A DNA stretch of 64,000 nt from Ignavibacteriales bacterium. Lineage in GTDB: Bacteria; Bacteroidota; Ignavibacteria; UBA10030; UBA8401. This document shows positions 9,350 to 18,708 of this stretch, piece by piece (the first letter of the stretch is position 1; each line of letters opens with the position of its first letter). The DNA lies in assembly GCA_016182545.1 (NCBI GenBank), contig JACPGG010000032.1, positions 8,816 through 72,815 of the forward strand, given 5' to 3'. The notes below the pieces were generated by a model. The model did no database searches. It saw only the letters and a program-made list of their open reading frames with translations, and was not told the DNA's origin. Both the position numbers and the translations under genes were made by a program.

Positions 9350-10083
9350 AACTGCGCTGCGATAAATTCCCTGTTCAATCGAGCAATATGTGTGACGGAA
9401 ATCTGCTTCGGACATTCCGCTTCGCACGCATATGTGTTGGAACAGGCGCCGAATTTCTCCTCATCCATCTGAGCGATCATCCGCTGCACACGTGTCGTCC
9501 GTTCTGCTTGTCCCTGCGGCAGCAAAGCAAGTTGCGAGACTTTTGCGGATACAAAGAGCATCGCCGATGAATTCGGGCATGCCGCAACGCACGCGCCGCA
9601 GCCGATACAGGCGGCGGCATCGAACGCCTCATCCGCAACAGGTTTAGGAATCAGAATTGCATTGCCATCGGGTATTCCCCCTGTTTTTGCCGATGTATAT
9701 CCTCCTGCCTGCATAATGCGGTCAAACGAAGTACGGTCGATCATAAGATCCTTCAGCACCGGAAACGCGGCAGCACGCCACGGTTCGATCACCACGGAAT
9801 CACCATCCTGAAAACTCCGCATATGCAACTGGCACGTGGCAATACCGCGCCCGGGACCGTGCGCACGTCCGTTGATCATCATACCGCAACTGCCGCAGAT
9901 TCCTTCGCGGCAATCGTGGTCGAATGCGATAGGGGTCTCCCCTTTCTTTACCAGATCGATATTGACGATATCGAGCATTTCGAGAAACGACATGTCGGGC
10001 GAGACGTTGCTTGCCGTGTAGTCGACGAATCGTCCGCCGTCATTCTGATCTTTTTGCCGCCATACTTTAAGATGGATTTTCAT
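9346..10083 (-). CDS. sdhB: Succinate dehydrogenase / fumarate reductase iron-sulfur subunit
   Basis: 2Fe-2S ([16 protein letters not shown]) and 4Fe-4S/3Fe-4S cysteine clusters ([13 protein letters not shown]…[13 protein letters not shown]). Confidence 0.9.
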   Translation of the reverse strand: MKIHLKVWRQKDQNDGGRFVDYTASNVSPDMSFLEMLDIVNIDLVKKGETPIAFDHDCREGICGSCGMMINGRAHGPGRGIATCQLHMRSFQDGDSVVIEPWRAAAFPVLKDLMIDRTSFDRIMQAGGYTSAKTGGIPDGNAILIPKPVADEAFDAAACIGCGACVAACPNSSAMLFVSAKVSQLALLPQGQAERTTRVQRMIAQMDEEKFGACSNTYACEAECPKQISVTHIARLNREFIAAQF

Positions 10084-10156
10084 TCTTTCTCCGAACTAGT
10101 AACCACAAAGTCACGAAAACACAAAATTTCGTGAATTTGTGTTTTGGTGGTTAAAC

Positions 10157-12041
10157 TTACTTGTAACTTCGCTGTGTCGGTTTTACGTATTCAAAATCGA
10201 GATCTTCTTTATGCAATACCTGTTTTTTCCCGGGACCCTTGTATTCCCACGCTGCTACATATGAGAACTTCTTGTCGTTCCGTTTGGCTTCTCCCTCTTC
10301 GGTCTGGAATTCTTCGCGGAAGTGTCCTCCGCATGATTCCTCGCGGTTCATCGCATCCATCGCTATCAACTCTCCCAACTCCATAAAATCGGCGACACGC
10401 TGCGCTTTTTCCAGTTCCATGTTGATCTCGTGCGCATTACCTGTGATCTTCACATTCTTCCAGAACTCTGCACGGATCTTCGGGAGAAGGGTCAGTGCCT
10501 TTTTCAATCCTTCTTTATTCCGCGCCATGCCGACATAATCCCACATCACTTTCCCGAACTCGCGGTGATATTCATCCACCGTTTTCTTCCCGTCGATCCC
10601 CATCAGTTTGTTGATCGTTGCGGTGACGGAATTTTCAGCATCTTTGAATTCCTTGGCATCGGTCGAGACTGCATTGAACTTGTTGCTCGCCAGATAATCA
10701 CTGACGGTGTACGGAGCGATGAAATATCCATCAGCTAATCCTTGCATCAATGCGCTCGCACCCAGCCGGTTCGCACCGTGGTCGGAGAAGTTCGCTTCGC
10801 CGAGGACGAACATACCCGGGATGGTGCTCATCAAATTGTAATCAACCCACAATCCGCCCATCGTGTAGTGCACGGCGGGATAAATGCGCATCGGCGTTGT
10901 GTACGGATCTTCGCCGGTGATCTGTTTGTACATGTCAAGCAGGTTACCGTATTTTTGGAAGACCGCTTCTTTCCCCAACCGTTTTATTGCATCGGCAAAG
11001 TCGAGATAGACCGCCATCTTCGATGCGCCGACACCGAATCCGTTGTCGCACATTTCTTTGGCTCGGCGTGAAGCGACATCGCGCGGCACAAGATTTCCGA
11101 ATGACGGGTACTGGCGCTCAAGATAATAATCGCGTTCACTTTCCGGAATATCTTTCGGGTTGCGCGTGTCCCCTTTCTTTTTCGGTACCCACACCCGCCC
11201 GTCGTTGCGCAAACTTTCACTCATCAATGTCAGTTTGGATTGGTGATCACCGGTGACAGGAATGCATGTCGGATGGATCTGCGTATAACACGGATTGCCG
11301 AAGTGCTGTTGCGTTACTCGCTTTTGCGTTGGTGGAAAGATAGAAGACATTGCCGTATCCACCTGTTGCAAGAATGACGGCGTCGGCAGAGTACGATTCC
11401 AATTTTCCGTTGAGCAGATTCCGTGCGACGATGCCGCGCGCTTTTCCGTCGACCACGACGAGATCGAGCATTTCACGCCGTTCATAAAATTTTACCGAAC
11501 CTGCATCCATCTGCCGGATGAGTGCGGAGTAGGCACCGAGCAGCAATTGCTGTCCGGTCTGTCCGCGGGCATAAAATGTCCGTGCGACCTGTGCACCGCC
11601 GAACGAACGATTGTCCAGATATCCGGCATAATCACGCGCAAACGGAACACCTTGCGCAACGCACTGGTCGATGATACTGCCGCTTACTTCTGCCAATCTA
11701 TACACATTCGCTTCGCGGGCTCGATAATCGCCCCCCTTCAACGTATCATAGAACAAGCGATAGACACTGTCGCCGTCGTTAGAATAATTCTTCGGAGCGT
11801 TGATCCCGCCCTGTGCAGCAATGCTATGCGCACGGCGGGGTGATTCATGGTACGAGAAGGCGAGGACGTTGTAGCCGAGTTCGCCGAGGGAGGCGGCGAC
11901 GGACGATCCTGCAAGTCCGGTACCGACCACGATGATCTTGTACTTCCGTCTGTTGGCGGGATTCACAAGTTTCATGTGAAATTTGTGTTCGAACCATTTC
12001 TTTTCTATCGGACCATCGGGAATTTTCGAATCGAGTGTCAT
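10157..12041 (-). pseudogene. sdhA: Succinate dehydrogenase / fumarate reductase flavoprotein subunit, split into two out-of-frame ORFs (frameshift with small deletion near 11,303)
   Basis: The N-terminal ORF 11247..12041 (FAD-binding GTGLAGS…[20 protein letters not shown]) and the C-terminal ORF 10157..11485 ([15 protein letters not shown]…[11 protein letters not shown]…) overlap in different frames. NATA abuts FGNPC directly, with a +1 shift. The conserved segment of about 10 aa (AWKAHKRGAF in B. subtilis-type enzymes) between them is missing. Confidence 0.8.
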
Positions 12042-12107
12042 AGCAATCTCAAAGTTAAAATTTGTTTCAAAGTTCTTGCTTCAGGTTATATCGCTCACCG
12101 GAACTTT

Positions 12108-12782
12108 CTACCTCATCATTGCCACCGCGCTGCCGCCGTAAAAATAAATGTAGAGAGGAATGATCGCGAAGCCGATCGGGATCACAAGCCAAAAGAGGAC
12201 GGCGATGAATTCGATCAACCCGCCGTACCGCTTCGTTTTCCATCCCAATGTCTGGAAAGCCGATTGGAATCCGTGCCGCAGATGATAACTGAGTACGACA
12301 AGGGCAACAAGATAGAAGACGACAAAAAAAGTCTGGCGGAACGTCGCATAGACAAGAGAGGAGAGATTCTGTTCACCTAAAATTCTTGCCGGAACCCAGA
12401 ACTTTGCAAGATGAACGACCAGAAATACAAATACCAGCGAAGCAGAAACTGCCATCATTCGCGATTGAAATGTCGTATTCTCCTCCAACTTGTATGACGC
12501 ATATCTCTTATCCCGCGCGCGACGATTAGAAAACCAAATGAATGTTCCGTTGATAATATGGATGAGTATAATTGCAAACAGACCAATTTCAAGCGTCCTG
12601 ACTATTGGATTGCCACCCATAAAATGTGCGTATGCATCGAACGCTTCGCCACCGTCCTTCTTCAGTAAAAGAAGATTGCCCGCAAGATGTTCGACAAGGA
12701 ATGTGCAAAGGAAGATACCGGTCAAACTCATGAGGATCTTTTTGCCGACCGATGAATTGATGAAAGCGAAAAAGGCATTCAT
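12108..12782 (-). CDS. sdhC: Succinate dehydrogenase / fumarate reductase cytochrome b subunit (Bacillus/Bacteroides type, 5 TM)
   Basis: About 225 aa multi-TM protein immediately upstream of sdhA/sdhB on the same strand. Start chosen at the internal MNAFFAFINSSVGKKILMSLTGIF. Confidence 0.75.
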   Translation of the reverse strand: MNAFFAFINSSVGKKILMSLTGIFLCTFLVEHLAGNLLLLKKDGGEAFDAYAHFMGGNPIVRTLEIGLFAIILIHIINGTFIWFSNRRARDKRYASYKLEENTTFQSRMMAVSASLVFVFLVVHLAKFWVPARILGEQNLSSLVYATFRQTFFVVFYLVALVVLSYHLRHGFQSAFQTLGWKTKRYGGLIEFIAVLFWLVIPIGFAIIPLYIYFYGGSAVAMMR

Positions 12783-12939
12783 AGAAGTGCTGCGTTTGTG
12801 AAGAGAGCAAAAAATTAACTGCGGGCAAAGTATTAAAGAAATGGCAGAAATGCAATGAAGAGCGAAAATAAAAAGCAGAGCCTGCTGGTTATCTCGTTCC
12901 CAAACTCTCAGTGTGTGTGAAAACCAACTATTGAGTAAA

Positions 12940-13002
12940 GTCATTCTGAACGAAGTGAAGAATCCAGAATAATTCTGGATGTTTCGCTGCGCTCAACATG
13001 AC
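12940..13002. repeat. GTCATTCTGAACGAAGTGAAGAATC…GATGTTTCGCTGCGCTCAACATGAC palindromic intergenic repeat (GTCATTGCGAG family)
   Basis: gtcat…atgac outer arms and gaagaatccagaataattctggatgtttc inner palindrome. Located between the sdhC start and the cyclase gene end. Confidence 0.5.
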
Positions 13003-13045
13003 AATGCCTGACTTTTCACACAGTTTGCGACGTTGCGAACAAGAG

Positions 13046-13089
13046 AAAAAAAAAGATACAGGTGCGACTCACTTTCAAGGTGAGTCGCA
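13046..13089 (-). terminator. Rho-independent terminator of the CHASE2 cyclase gene (GGTGCGACTCAC-loop-GTGAGTCGCAC)
   Basis: Hairpin with an A-run upstream on the plus strand (T-run on the minus strand). The stem sequence is near-identical to the sdhB terminator stem at 9302. Confidence 0.65.
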
Positions 13090-13096
13090 CGATCAT

Positions 13097-15250
13097 TCAT
13101 TTCTTTGTCATCACGAACACGCCGTTCCAATCGTCCGGCGGCGGGTTGTCCACAAAAAGCATCGCACGCTGGATGTAGAGATTGGAAACGATGTCGTCCT
13201 TGCGGATAACGAGCGCCTGCTGGAACTGGTCGATGGCGCTCTTCCATGCCCGTTTCTTGTACGCTTCCAACCCGTTGTGGTAGGATTCGAGGAATTTTTT
13301 CGTCGCGTCGGTCTGCACTTCGTCTGCAAGCGCGATCAGTTCATAAATACGCACAGGTTCGGTCTTCCCCACAACGACGACAACATCCATCTCGCGCGAG
13401 AGGACTTTGTCATGCACTTTGCGATAGGTGTAATCGCTCATCAAGAGACGGGTGCCGTATTCTTTGTTCACTCCTTCAAGGCGCGATGCAAGGTTCACCG
13501 CATCGCCGATGGCGGTATAATTTAGCCGCGCTTCGGCACCCATATTGCCGACAACTGCTTTTCCCGTGTTGATGCCGATACGCTGATTCACAACCGGACG
13601 TCCGTAGTGGATCCATTTCGTATGCAATGCGAGCAGTTTGCGCTGCATTTTTAATGCGGCGCTGCAAGTATGGAACGCATGGTCGGCATCATCCAGCGGT
13701 GCGCCCCAAAATGCCATGATCGCATCACCGATGTACTTATCGATCGTGCCGTATTCCTCGATCATGATGTTTGTCATCTCAGTCAGATACGAGTTAAGCA
13801 TCGCCACGGTATTTTGCGGTCCCATCTTTTCCGCCATGCTTGTGAATCCTTCAATGTCGGCAAACATTGTAGTGATCTCACGCTCTTCACCCCCAAGTTT
13901 TACCAGTTCCGGATTATCGAGGATCTGCTTCACAACCGCTTTGTCGACGTACCGTTCGAACATCCCTTTGATCTGCGCTTTTTGACGTCCCTCGGTCGCT
14001 GCTGTATAACTCATTGCAGAGGCATAACAGAAGAAGAGTGCGAAGAGCGGCTCAATAAGATAATAGACCTCACCGTTATTCGTGAACGTGGAGAAGGCAA
14101 ACCATAGATACCCTGCGGTCACAAGAACTCCGATCGGGGCGCTCCAGCGGAGTTTCAGCAAGATCGCCGCGATGCTGACGATCAACGCCATGATGATGAG
14201 GACAAGCATCTGCGTTGCAAATGGAGCATGTGTAATATATTTCCCCATCATGATCTGGTCGTACACGTTGGCGTGGACAAAACAGTTCGGCGAAATTTCA
14301 GTGATCGGCGTTGCATTATGATCGCCGATGGATCGCGCCGTGGGACCTATGATCACGACTGCATCCTTGAACATCGACAATACTTCTTTATCCTGTTTTA
14401 CGAATGCATCGAGCACTTCCTGCAGCGATACCTGCTTGAAGACATCGTTCGAACCGGCATAATCGATCTGAGGATCGCCGTTCGATGAAAGCGGGATTTC
14501 CAACTGACCGGCGCGGACAAGCAATCCTGTTTCTGTCTCTTCTACCTTTACCGTTTGAAGATCGACCTGTGCGGCCGCAAATGCGAGCGCGGCGCCGAAT
14601 GTCGGATAATAATCCCCAGCAAATTCTACAAAGAACGGAACAGCGCGGATAATTCCGTCGATCGGATCCGGATGCAATAATACGTGTCCGATACCTGCCG
14701 CCAGACTTGCAAGCGAATCGAACGGGCGTTCATCAATGTACGTTGCACGAGGAAATCCGAATTGCGCACCGTGAGTCGGGATGGAGAGCGGGTGCAGAAA
14801 TTGATATGCTTCATTGTCGGTCGCCCTCGGTTCTCCCGGATTATCCTCCGAAGGGATGAACGGACCGATGGCATGATAGACATTCGGCGCATAATTGTGG
14901 AAAAGAAGGAATTGATCGTTCTGCGCCTGCGAGATGCTGTCCTGCCTTGTCGTCGGAAAAAGATCGTCGACTCCGATCACAGTGGCACCGCTTTGCGCAA
15001 GGATCGCCAGCAACGTGCCGTACTTGTCGCGTGGAACGGGATAATCCAGTTCCTTCATTGTGTATTCGTCGATCTTGACGATCACAACGTTGCTGGTGTG
15101 TTCACGTTCGCCGCGCGCATCGAGCATCGCATCGTACGCCTTGAGTTCGAGCGACTGAAAGAATTCGAAACGGAACAACCACGTGGCAAGCGCCACGGAA
15201 ACAACGGCAAACAAAATACCGAAGAGAGTCTTGAGGAGTTTTTTGTTCAT
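13097..15250 (-). CDS. CHASE2 sensor-domain adenylate/guanylate cyclase with C-terminal TPR-like region
   Basis: N-terminal signal/TM, periplasmic CHASE2-like region and 3 TM helices. Class III cyclase catalytic domain (ITTMFADIEGFTSMAEKMGP…IGDAIMAFWGAP…GINTGKAVVGNMG). Confidence 0.8.
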   Translation of the reverse strand: MNKKLLKTLFGILFAVVSVALATWLFRFEFFQSLELKAYDAMLDARGEREHTSNVVIVKIDEYTMKELDYPVPRDKYGTLLAILAQSGATVIGVDDLFPTTRQDSISQAQNDQFLLFHNYAPNVYHAIGPFIPSEDNPGEPRATDNEAYQFLHPLSIPTHGAQFGFPRATYIDERPFDSLASLAAGIGHVLLHPDPIDGIIRAVPFFVEFAGDYYPTFGAALAFAAAQVDLQTVKVEETETGLLVRAGQLEIPLSSNGDPQIDYAGSNDVFKQVSLQEVLDAFVKQDKEVLSMFKDAVVIIGPTARSIGDHNATPITEISPNCFVHANVYDQIMMGKYITHAPFATQMLVLIIMALIVSIAAILLKLRWSAPIGVLVTAGYLWFAFSTFTNNGEVYYLIEPLFALFFCYASAMSYTAATEGRQKAQIKGMFERYVDKAVVKQILDNPELVKLGGEEREITTMFADIEGFTSMAEKMGPQNTVAMLNSYLTEMTNIMIEEYGTIDKYIGDAIMAFWGAPLDDADHAFHTCSAALKMQRKLLALHTKWIHYGRPVVNQRIGINTGKAVVGNMGAEARLNYTAIGDAVNLASRLEGVNKEYGTRLLMSDYTYRKVHDKVLSREMDVVVVVGKTEPVRIYELIALADEVQTDATKKFLESYHNGLEAYKKRAWKSAIDQFQQALVIRKDDIVSNLYIQRAMLFVDNPPPDDWNGVFVMTKK

Positions 15251-15320
15251 GACAATTCCGTTTGGTGATAAGAGAAGGGAGGATTTTGCGCCATTGACGC
15301 ATGAGCCGGAGGCTCAAAAA

Positions 15321-15351
15321 CAAGTTACCCTCCAATTTGGAGGGTAACTTG
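15321..15351 (-). terminator. Rho-independent terminator (CAAGTTACCCTCC-loop-GGAGGGTAACTTG) after the 837-aa gene
   Basis: Perfect 13-bp stem followed by TTTTTG on the minus strand. Confidence 0.65.
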
Positions 15352-15375
15352 CTAAAAATTATTCAATTTATCCAA

Positions 15376-17889
15376 CTATATTTTCCAGTAGAGGAAATCC
15401 TTGATATTTGCCAACGCGGTCGGATCGATACCGCGTCTGCCCCCGAAGATGAATTTATTTTCACCGCGGCGGACTTGACGGCTGGTGGCACGTGCTTCTT
15501 TCCGCGCCTGCAGGTCTTGCAATGCGCTGAAGAGAAGGCTCTGCAATTCGCCCTTATCAATGACAACGTTCCGTTCAGCGGCGCGCGTCTGTCCCATTTC
15601 GGCGACGATATTTTCGATACCAAGTTCGGCATACGCCTGTTCCTGCGACGGGAATTTTGACACGGCGGTTGCGAACGACTCAACGGTGCCGTCATGATCG
15701 CCGCCGAGATATTTCAACAATCCCAGGTTGAGATGGATACCGCCATCTTTCTCATCCGATTTAACGGCGGCGGTGTAACTCTTGTAGGCATTCAACGAGT
15801 CACCTTTCAGCAGATAAACATTGCCGAGATTGTTCTGAGTGGATGCAGACTTGTACGCCTTGATCACGGCGATGGCATCGTCGTATTTGCCGGCGTTTGC
15901 CAACAAAACAGCCGCTTCATTTGCAGACTGTTCATTGTTCTGACCCTTGAGGTATGCAACCTTTTGATTGAGCATCTCTGTATTGCCTGCTGTCAGGCTT
16001 TGTGCATCGGCACTCAATAATTTTTCGATCTCTTCGGCAGAAGGAGTCGCCGCGACTTTTTCATCGCTGGCAAGATTGCTCGGCGGTGACATCTCCCACG
16101 ATTTGCGGACGTCGATCACGTCGAGTTTTCCATTGGCATCGACAGTCTTATAATATCCATCGGCGCCCATCTTCCATGCATCCGAGAACGGCTTGTTGAT
16201 GATCGTCGTTTCCAGCGGGATCCAAACCGTGTTGTCGGCGACAATATAATCACGCTCGTTCAAACTGACGCGCGACGCATTCTTCTTATTCACGCCGGTA
16301 TCGAACATGATGAAGATATGGTCGGATGTCCCGATCAGCTTTGTTCGAATGCCGAGGTTCTCCAAACACGATGCAATGAGAATCGAGCTGTCATCGCAGT
16401 CACCCGCTTTTTTTGCCAGTGTCTGGCGCGGAAATTGGATCTCGTCCAGCACATCTCCCTCAGCAACCACCCACGGATCGGAGACATAATTGATCGAGAA
16501 TGCGCGCACTGCGTCCCAGATCTTCATCGCATTGATCATATTGCGTGACGCATTCGGATATGAATTGGGATCGAACTTCACATTCCCGACAACATTACGG
16601 GAAAAATTCTCGACCGCCGCATCCTTGTAGGTAACGAATGCACCGACATGCGACGGACGGTTCCAGCTGATGGAATTTTTGCTGTAGATCGTCACCGGTT
16701 TTGTGATGCTGCGAACTTTTTCTTCACCTCCCTGATTGTATGCAATTTCAGTTTTGATCTGAGCAACGGTATTCTCGCTCACCGTCTGCAATTTATCTTT
16801 ATCGAGCGTAGCGGAAACATCGAACGCTTTTTTCTCGCCCGCTTTTAACAACGGGATCGTTTGTTCTGATGCCAGCGACATGTAGTTCGGAATGAAGATC
16901 TTCGCTTTGATATTCTTGATATCGGTCTTGCCGGTATTTTCCAATGTTACGGCGCCGATCGGATTCTTCGAATAGTACACGAACTGCGCGGGAAAGATAT
17001 TCTCCGCTTTGAATTCGGAGATCTCGAGCGCGCTCGACATGATCATACTTGCTTTTTTCACACCGCTCGTCTTGGTCGAGACATCCAACCGATTGCCCGA
17101 GGCACCGACGACCGAATATTCCTGCATCGCGGAGAATACTCTGCGGAGATCGTCAAGAGTCCCCTTCATCTTCACGTCGTACGAAGCGGCATCCCCTTCC
17201 ATATAACGCAGTTTCATACTCTGGATCATGGAGACCTTCTGAGGAAGTTCAGATTCGATCTTCACTAGCGTAGCATCGTTGACTCCTTGCAGAATAAGCT
17301 CGACGATGATCGGCTTCTCTTTCATCTCCTTCATTTTTGAGTCGAGCTGTGTCATAAGTTCCGCTGCGATCATGTCCCCTACCTCTTCAAGAGATTTGGA
17401 GGCGGCTTGCGCTTTTCCTTGAGCCGCTTTTTTGGACGAAGCACTTGCGACGGCAAGGATCTCGCCCGTATCGGTAATGATCAGTTTGACTTCGCCATCG
17501 GCGGTAAATTCGTTCGTTTTGATCCCGTACGTTTCACGTTCGCCGCCGAACATGGTCTGTGCACCGCCGGCGATGATCAATTCAGCGCCGTACCGTCTGC
17601 CGAGTTCCTTCGCTTTAGTGGGATTCAGATCGCCCATCGCAAGATCGCGACCACGGACCTGTTCGAATTGTTTCGAATCGACAATGCGGTACCCTTTTTC
17701 AAGCAGCGCTTTTTCGATCTTGCCTGCAACTTTACGAGCCGTTGCATCTTTATCATCAATTTTTTCATCGACAGCCACCATAACGCGCGGCATATCCTGT
17801 GCGAAAAGCAGCATCGGCTGGATTGCTCCGACAAGCAGCGAACAGACACAGAGTAACGAAAGAATGCGTTTCATATTTCTTCTCCTCAT
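15376..17889 (-). CDS. Secreted multidomain protein: N-terminal CsgG-like domain, central transglutaminase-like cysteine-protease domain, C-terminal TPR repeats
   Basis: Signal peptide. …KAKELGRRYGAELIIAGGAQ… resembles the CsgG/LpoB-type fold. AGDCDDSSILIASCLENLGIRTKLIGTSDHIFIMFD matches the transglutaminase-like Cys…His…Asp core. The C-terminus has TPR-like repeats. Confidence 0.55.
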   Translation of the reverse strand: MRRRNMKRILSLLCVCSLLVGAIQPMLLFAQDMPRVMVAVDEKIDDKDATARKVAGKIEKALLEKGYRIVDSKQFEQVRGRDLAMGDLNPTKAKELGRRYGAELIIAGGAQTMFGGERETYGIKTNEFTADGEVKLIITDTGEILAVASASSKKAAQGKAQAASKSLEEVGDMIAAELMTQLDSKMKEMKEKPIIVELILQGVNDATLVKIESELPQKVSMIQSMKLRYMEGDAASYDVKMKGTLDDLRRVFSAMQEYSVVGASGNRLDVSTKTSGVKKASMIMSSALEISEFKAENIFPAQFVYYSKNPIGAVTLENTGKTDIKNIKAKIFIPNYMSLASEQTIPLLKAGEKKAFDVSATLDKDKLQTVSENTVAQIKTEIAYNQGGEEKVRSITKPVTIYSKNSISWNRPSHVGAFVTYKDAAVENFSRNVVGNVKFDPNSYPNASRNMINAMKIWDAVRAFSINYVSDPWVVAEGDVLDEIQFPRQTLAKKAGDCDDSSILIASCLENLGIRTKLIGTSDHIFIMFDTGVNKKNASRVSLNERDYIVADNTVWIPLETTIINKPFSDAWKMGADGYYKTVDANGKLDVIDVRKSWEMSPPSNLASDEKVAATPSAEEIEKLLSADAQSLTAGNTEMLNQKVAYLKGQNNEQSANEAAVLLANAGKYDDAIAVIKAYKSASTQNNLGNVYLLKGDSLNAYKSYTAAVKSDEKDGGIHLNLGLLKYLGGDHDGTVESFATAVSKFPSQEQAYAELGIENIVAEMGQTRAAERNVVIDKGELQSLLFSALQDLQARKEARATSRQVRRGENKFIFGGRRGIDPTALANIKDFLYWKI

Positions 17890-17899
17890 TTTATTTTTA

Positions 17900-18664
17900 T
17901 TATTTCAATTTCGTAATCAATGCTGCCATCTCGTCAACCTTTTGCTTGGCAGGTTCGTATCCGTCGGATTCATCCCATGCTTTTTGATATGTGGATTTTG
18001 CATTTTCAAATGCGGCTTTCGCTTCGGGTCTTTTCCCTTGCTTTTCCAATTTCTTCCCTTGATCCTCAAAATCGAGTGCTTGCGCGTACGTAACGTATCC
18101 GTTAAAATTGCCGTCTTTCGTCGCTTCAAGCCGATCTTCATCTTCGGACGAGAGTTTCACTTCAAGATCGCCAGCAATTTTCTTTACAAGCGATTGCAGC
18201 ATCGTGAGGAATTCATCCAATTCGCCGGTCTCCTCTTCCGCTTTCACTGTTTCACCGGTCTCCGTACGCACGATGCGCACATCGATACGAAGTTTGTCGT
18301 TGAAAAGGTTGGAAAAACCGCCGAACAGCATCACCTGGGCGCCGAGTAATTTGCCCATATTCTGCGTGGTCGCTTTGTCCACCATTTCGGTTTCATTGAG
18401 ATTCAATTCTTCGATGATCGACTGGATACGCTGGCGTTCTACGACCTTGATCCCCTTTACTTTGGACATCTCGGTGATCATCATATCGGCGAGCCCTTTT
18501 TTTAACGGATCGAGTTTATCCTTGTCGACAACGCTGTTATTCTCAAAATACAACACCGCGATTGTTTTCGGATTGCTGGCAAGTGTCGGCTGCACAAAAA
18601 CGATGCTGCATGCAAGAACGACACTCAATGCAACGGCACCAAACGTGGTATGATTGTACTTCAT
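17900..18664 (-). CDS. CsgG-family (curli-secretion-channel-like) lipoprotein
   Basis: Lipoprotein signal LACS. KTIAVLYFENNS…LKKGLADMMITEMSKVKGIKVVERQRIQSIIEELNL…LLGAQVMLFGG…RIDVRIVRTETGE is the CsgG-domain pattern. Confidence 0.6.
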   Translation of the reverse strand: MKYNHTTFGAVALSVVLACSIVFVQPTLASNPKTIAVLYFENNSVVDKDKLDPLKKGLADMMITEMSKVKGIKVVERQRIQSIIEELNLNETEMVDKATTQNMGKLLGAQVMLFGGFSNLFNDKLRIDVRIVRTETGETVKAEEETGELDEFLTMLQSLVKKIAGDLEVKLSSEDEDRLEATKDGNFNGYVTYAQALDFEDQGKKLEKQGKRPEAKAAFENAKSTYQKAWDESDGYEPAKQKVDEMAALITKLK

Positions 18665-18708
18665 ACTGTTATCCTTCCGGAAATTATAATGAATAATGTG
18701 AAATATTT

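Noticed and set aside
12108-12944. Long N-terminal extension (54 codons) of the sdhC ORF
   Set aside because: The extension overlaps the GTCATT repeat region and lacks TM character. The internal MNAFFAF… start gives the expected ~225-aa cytochrome b subunit.
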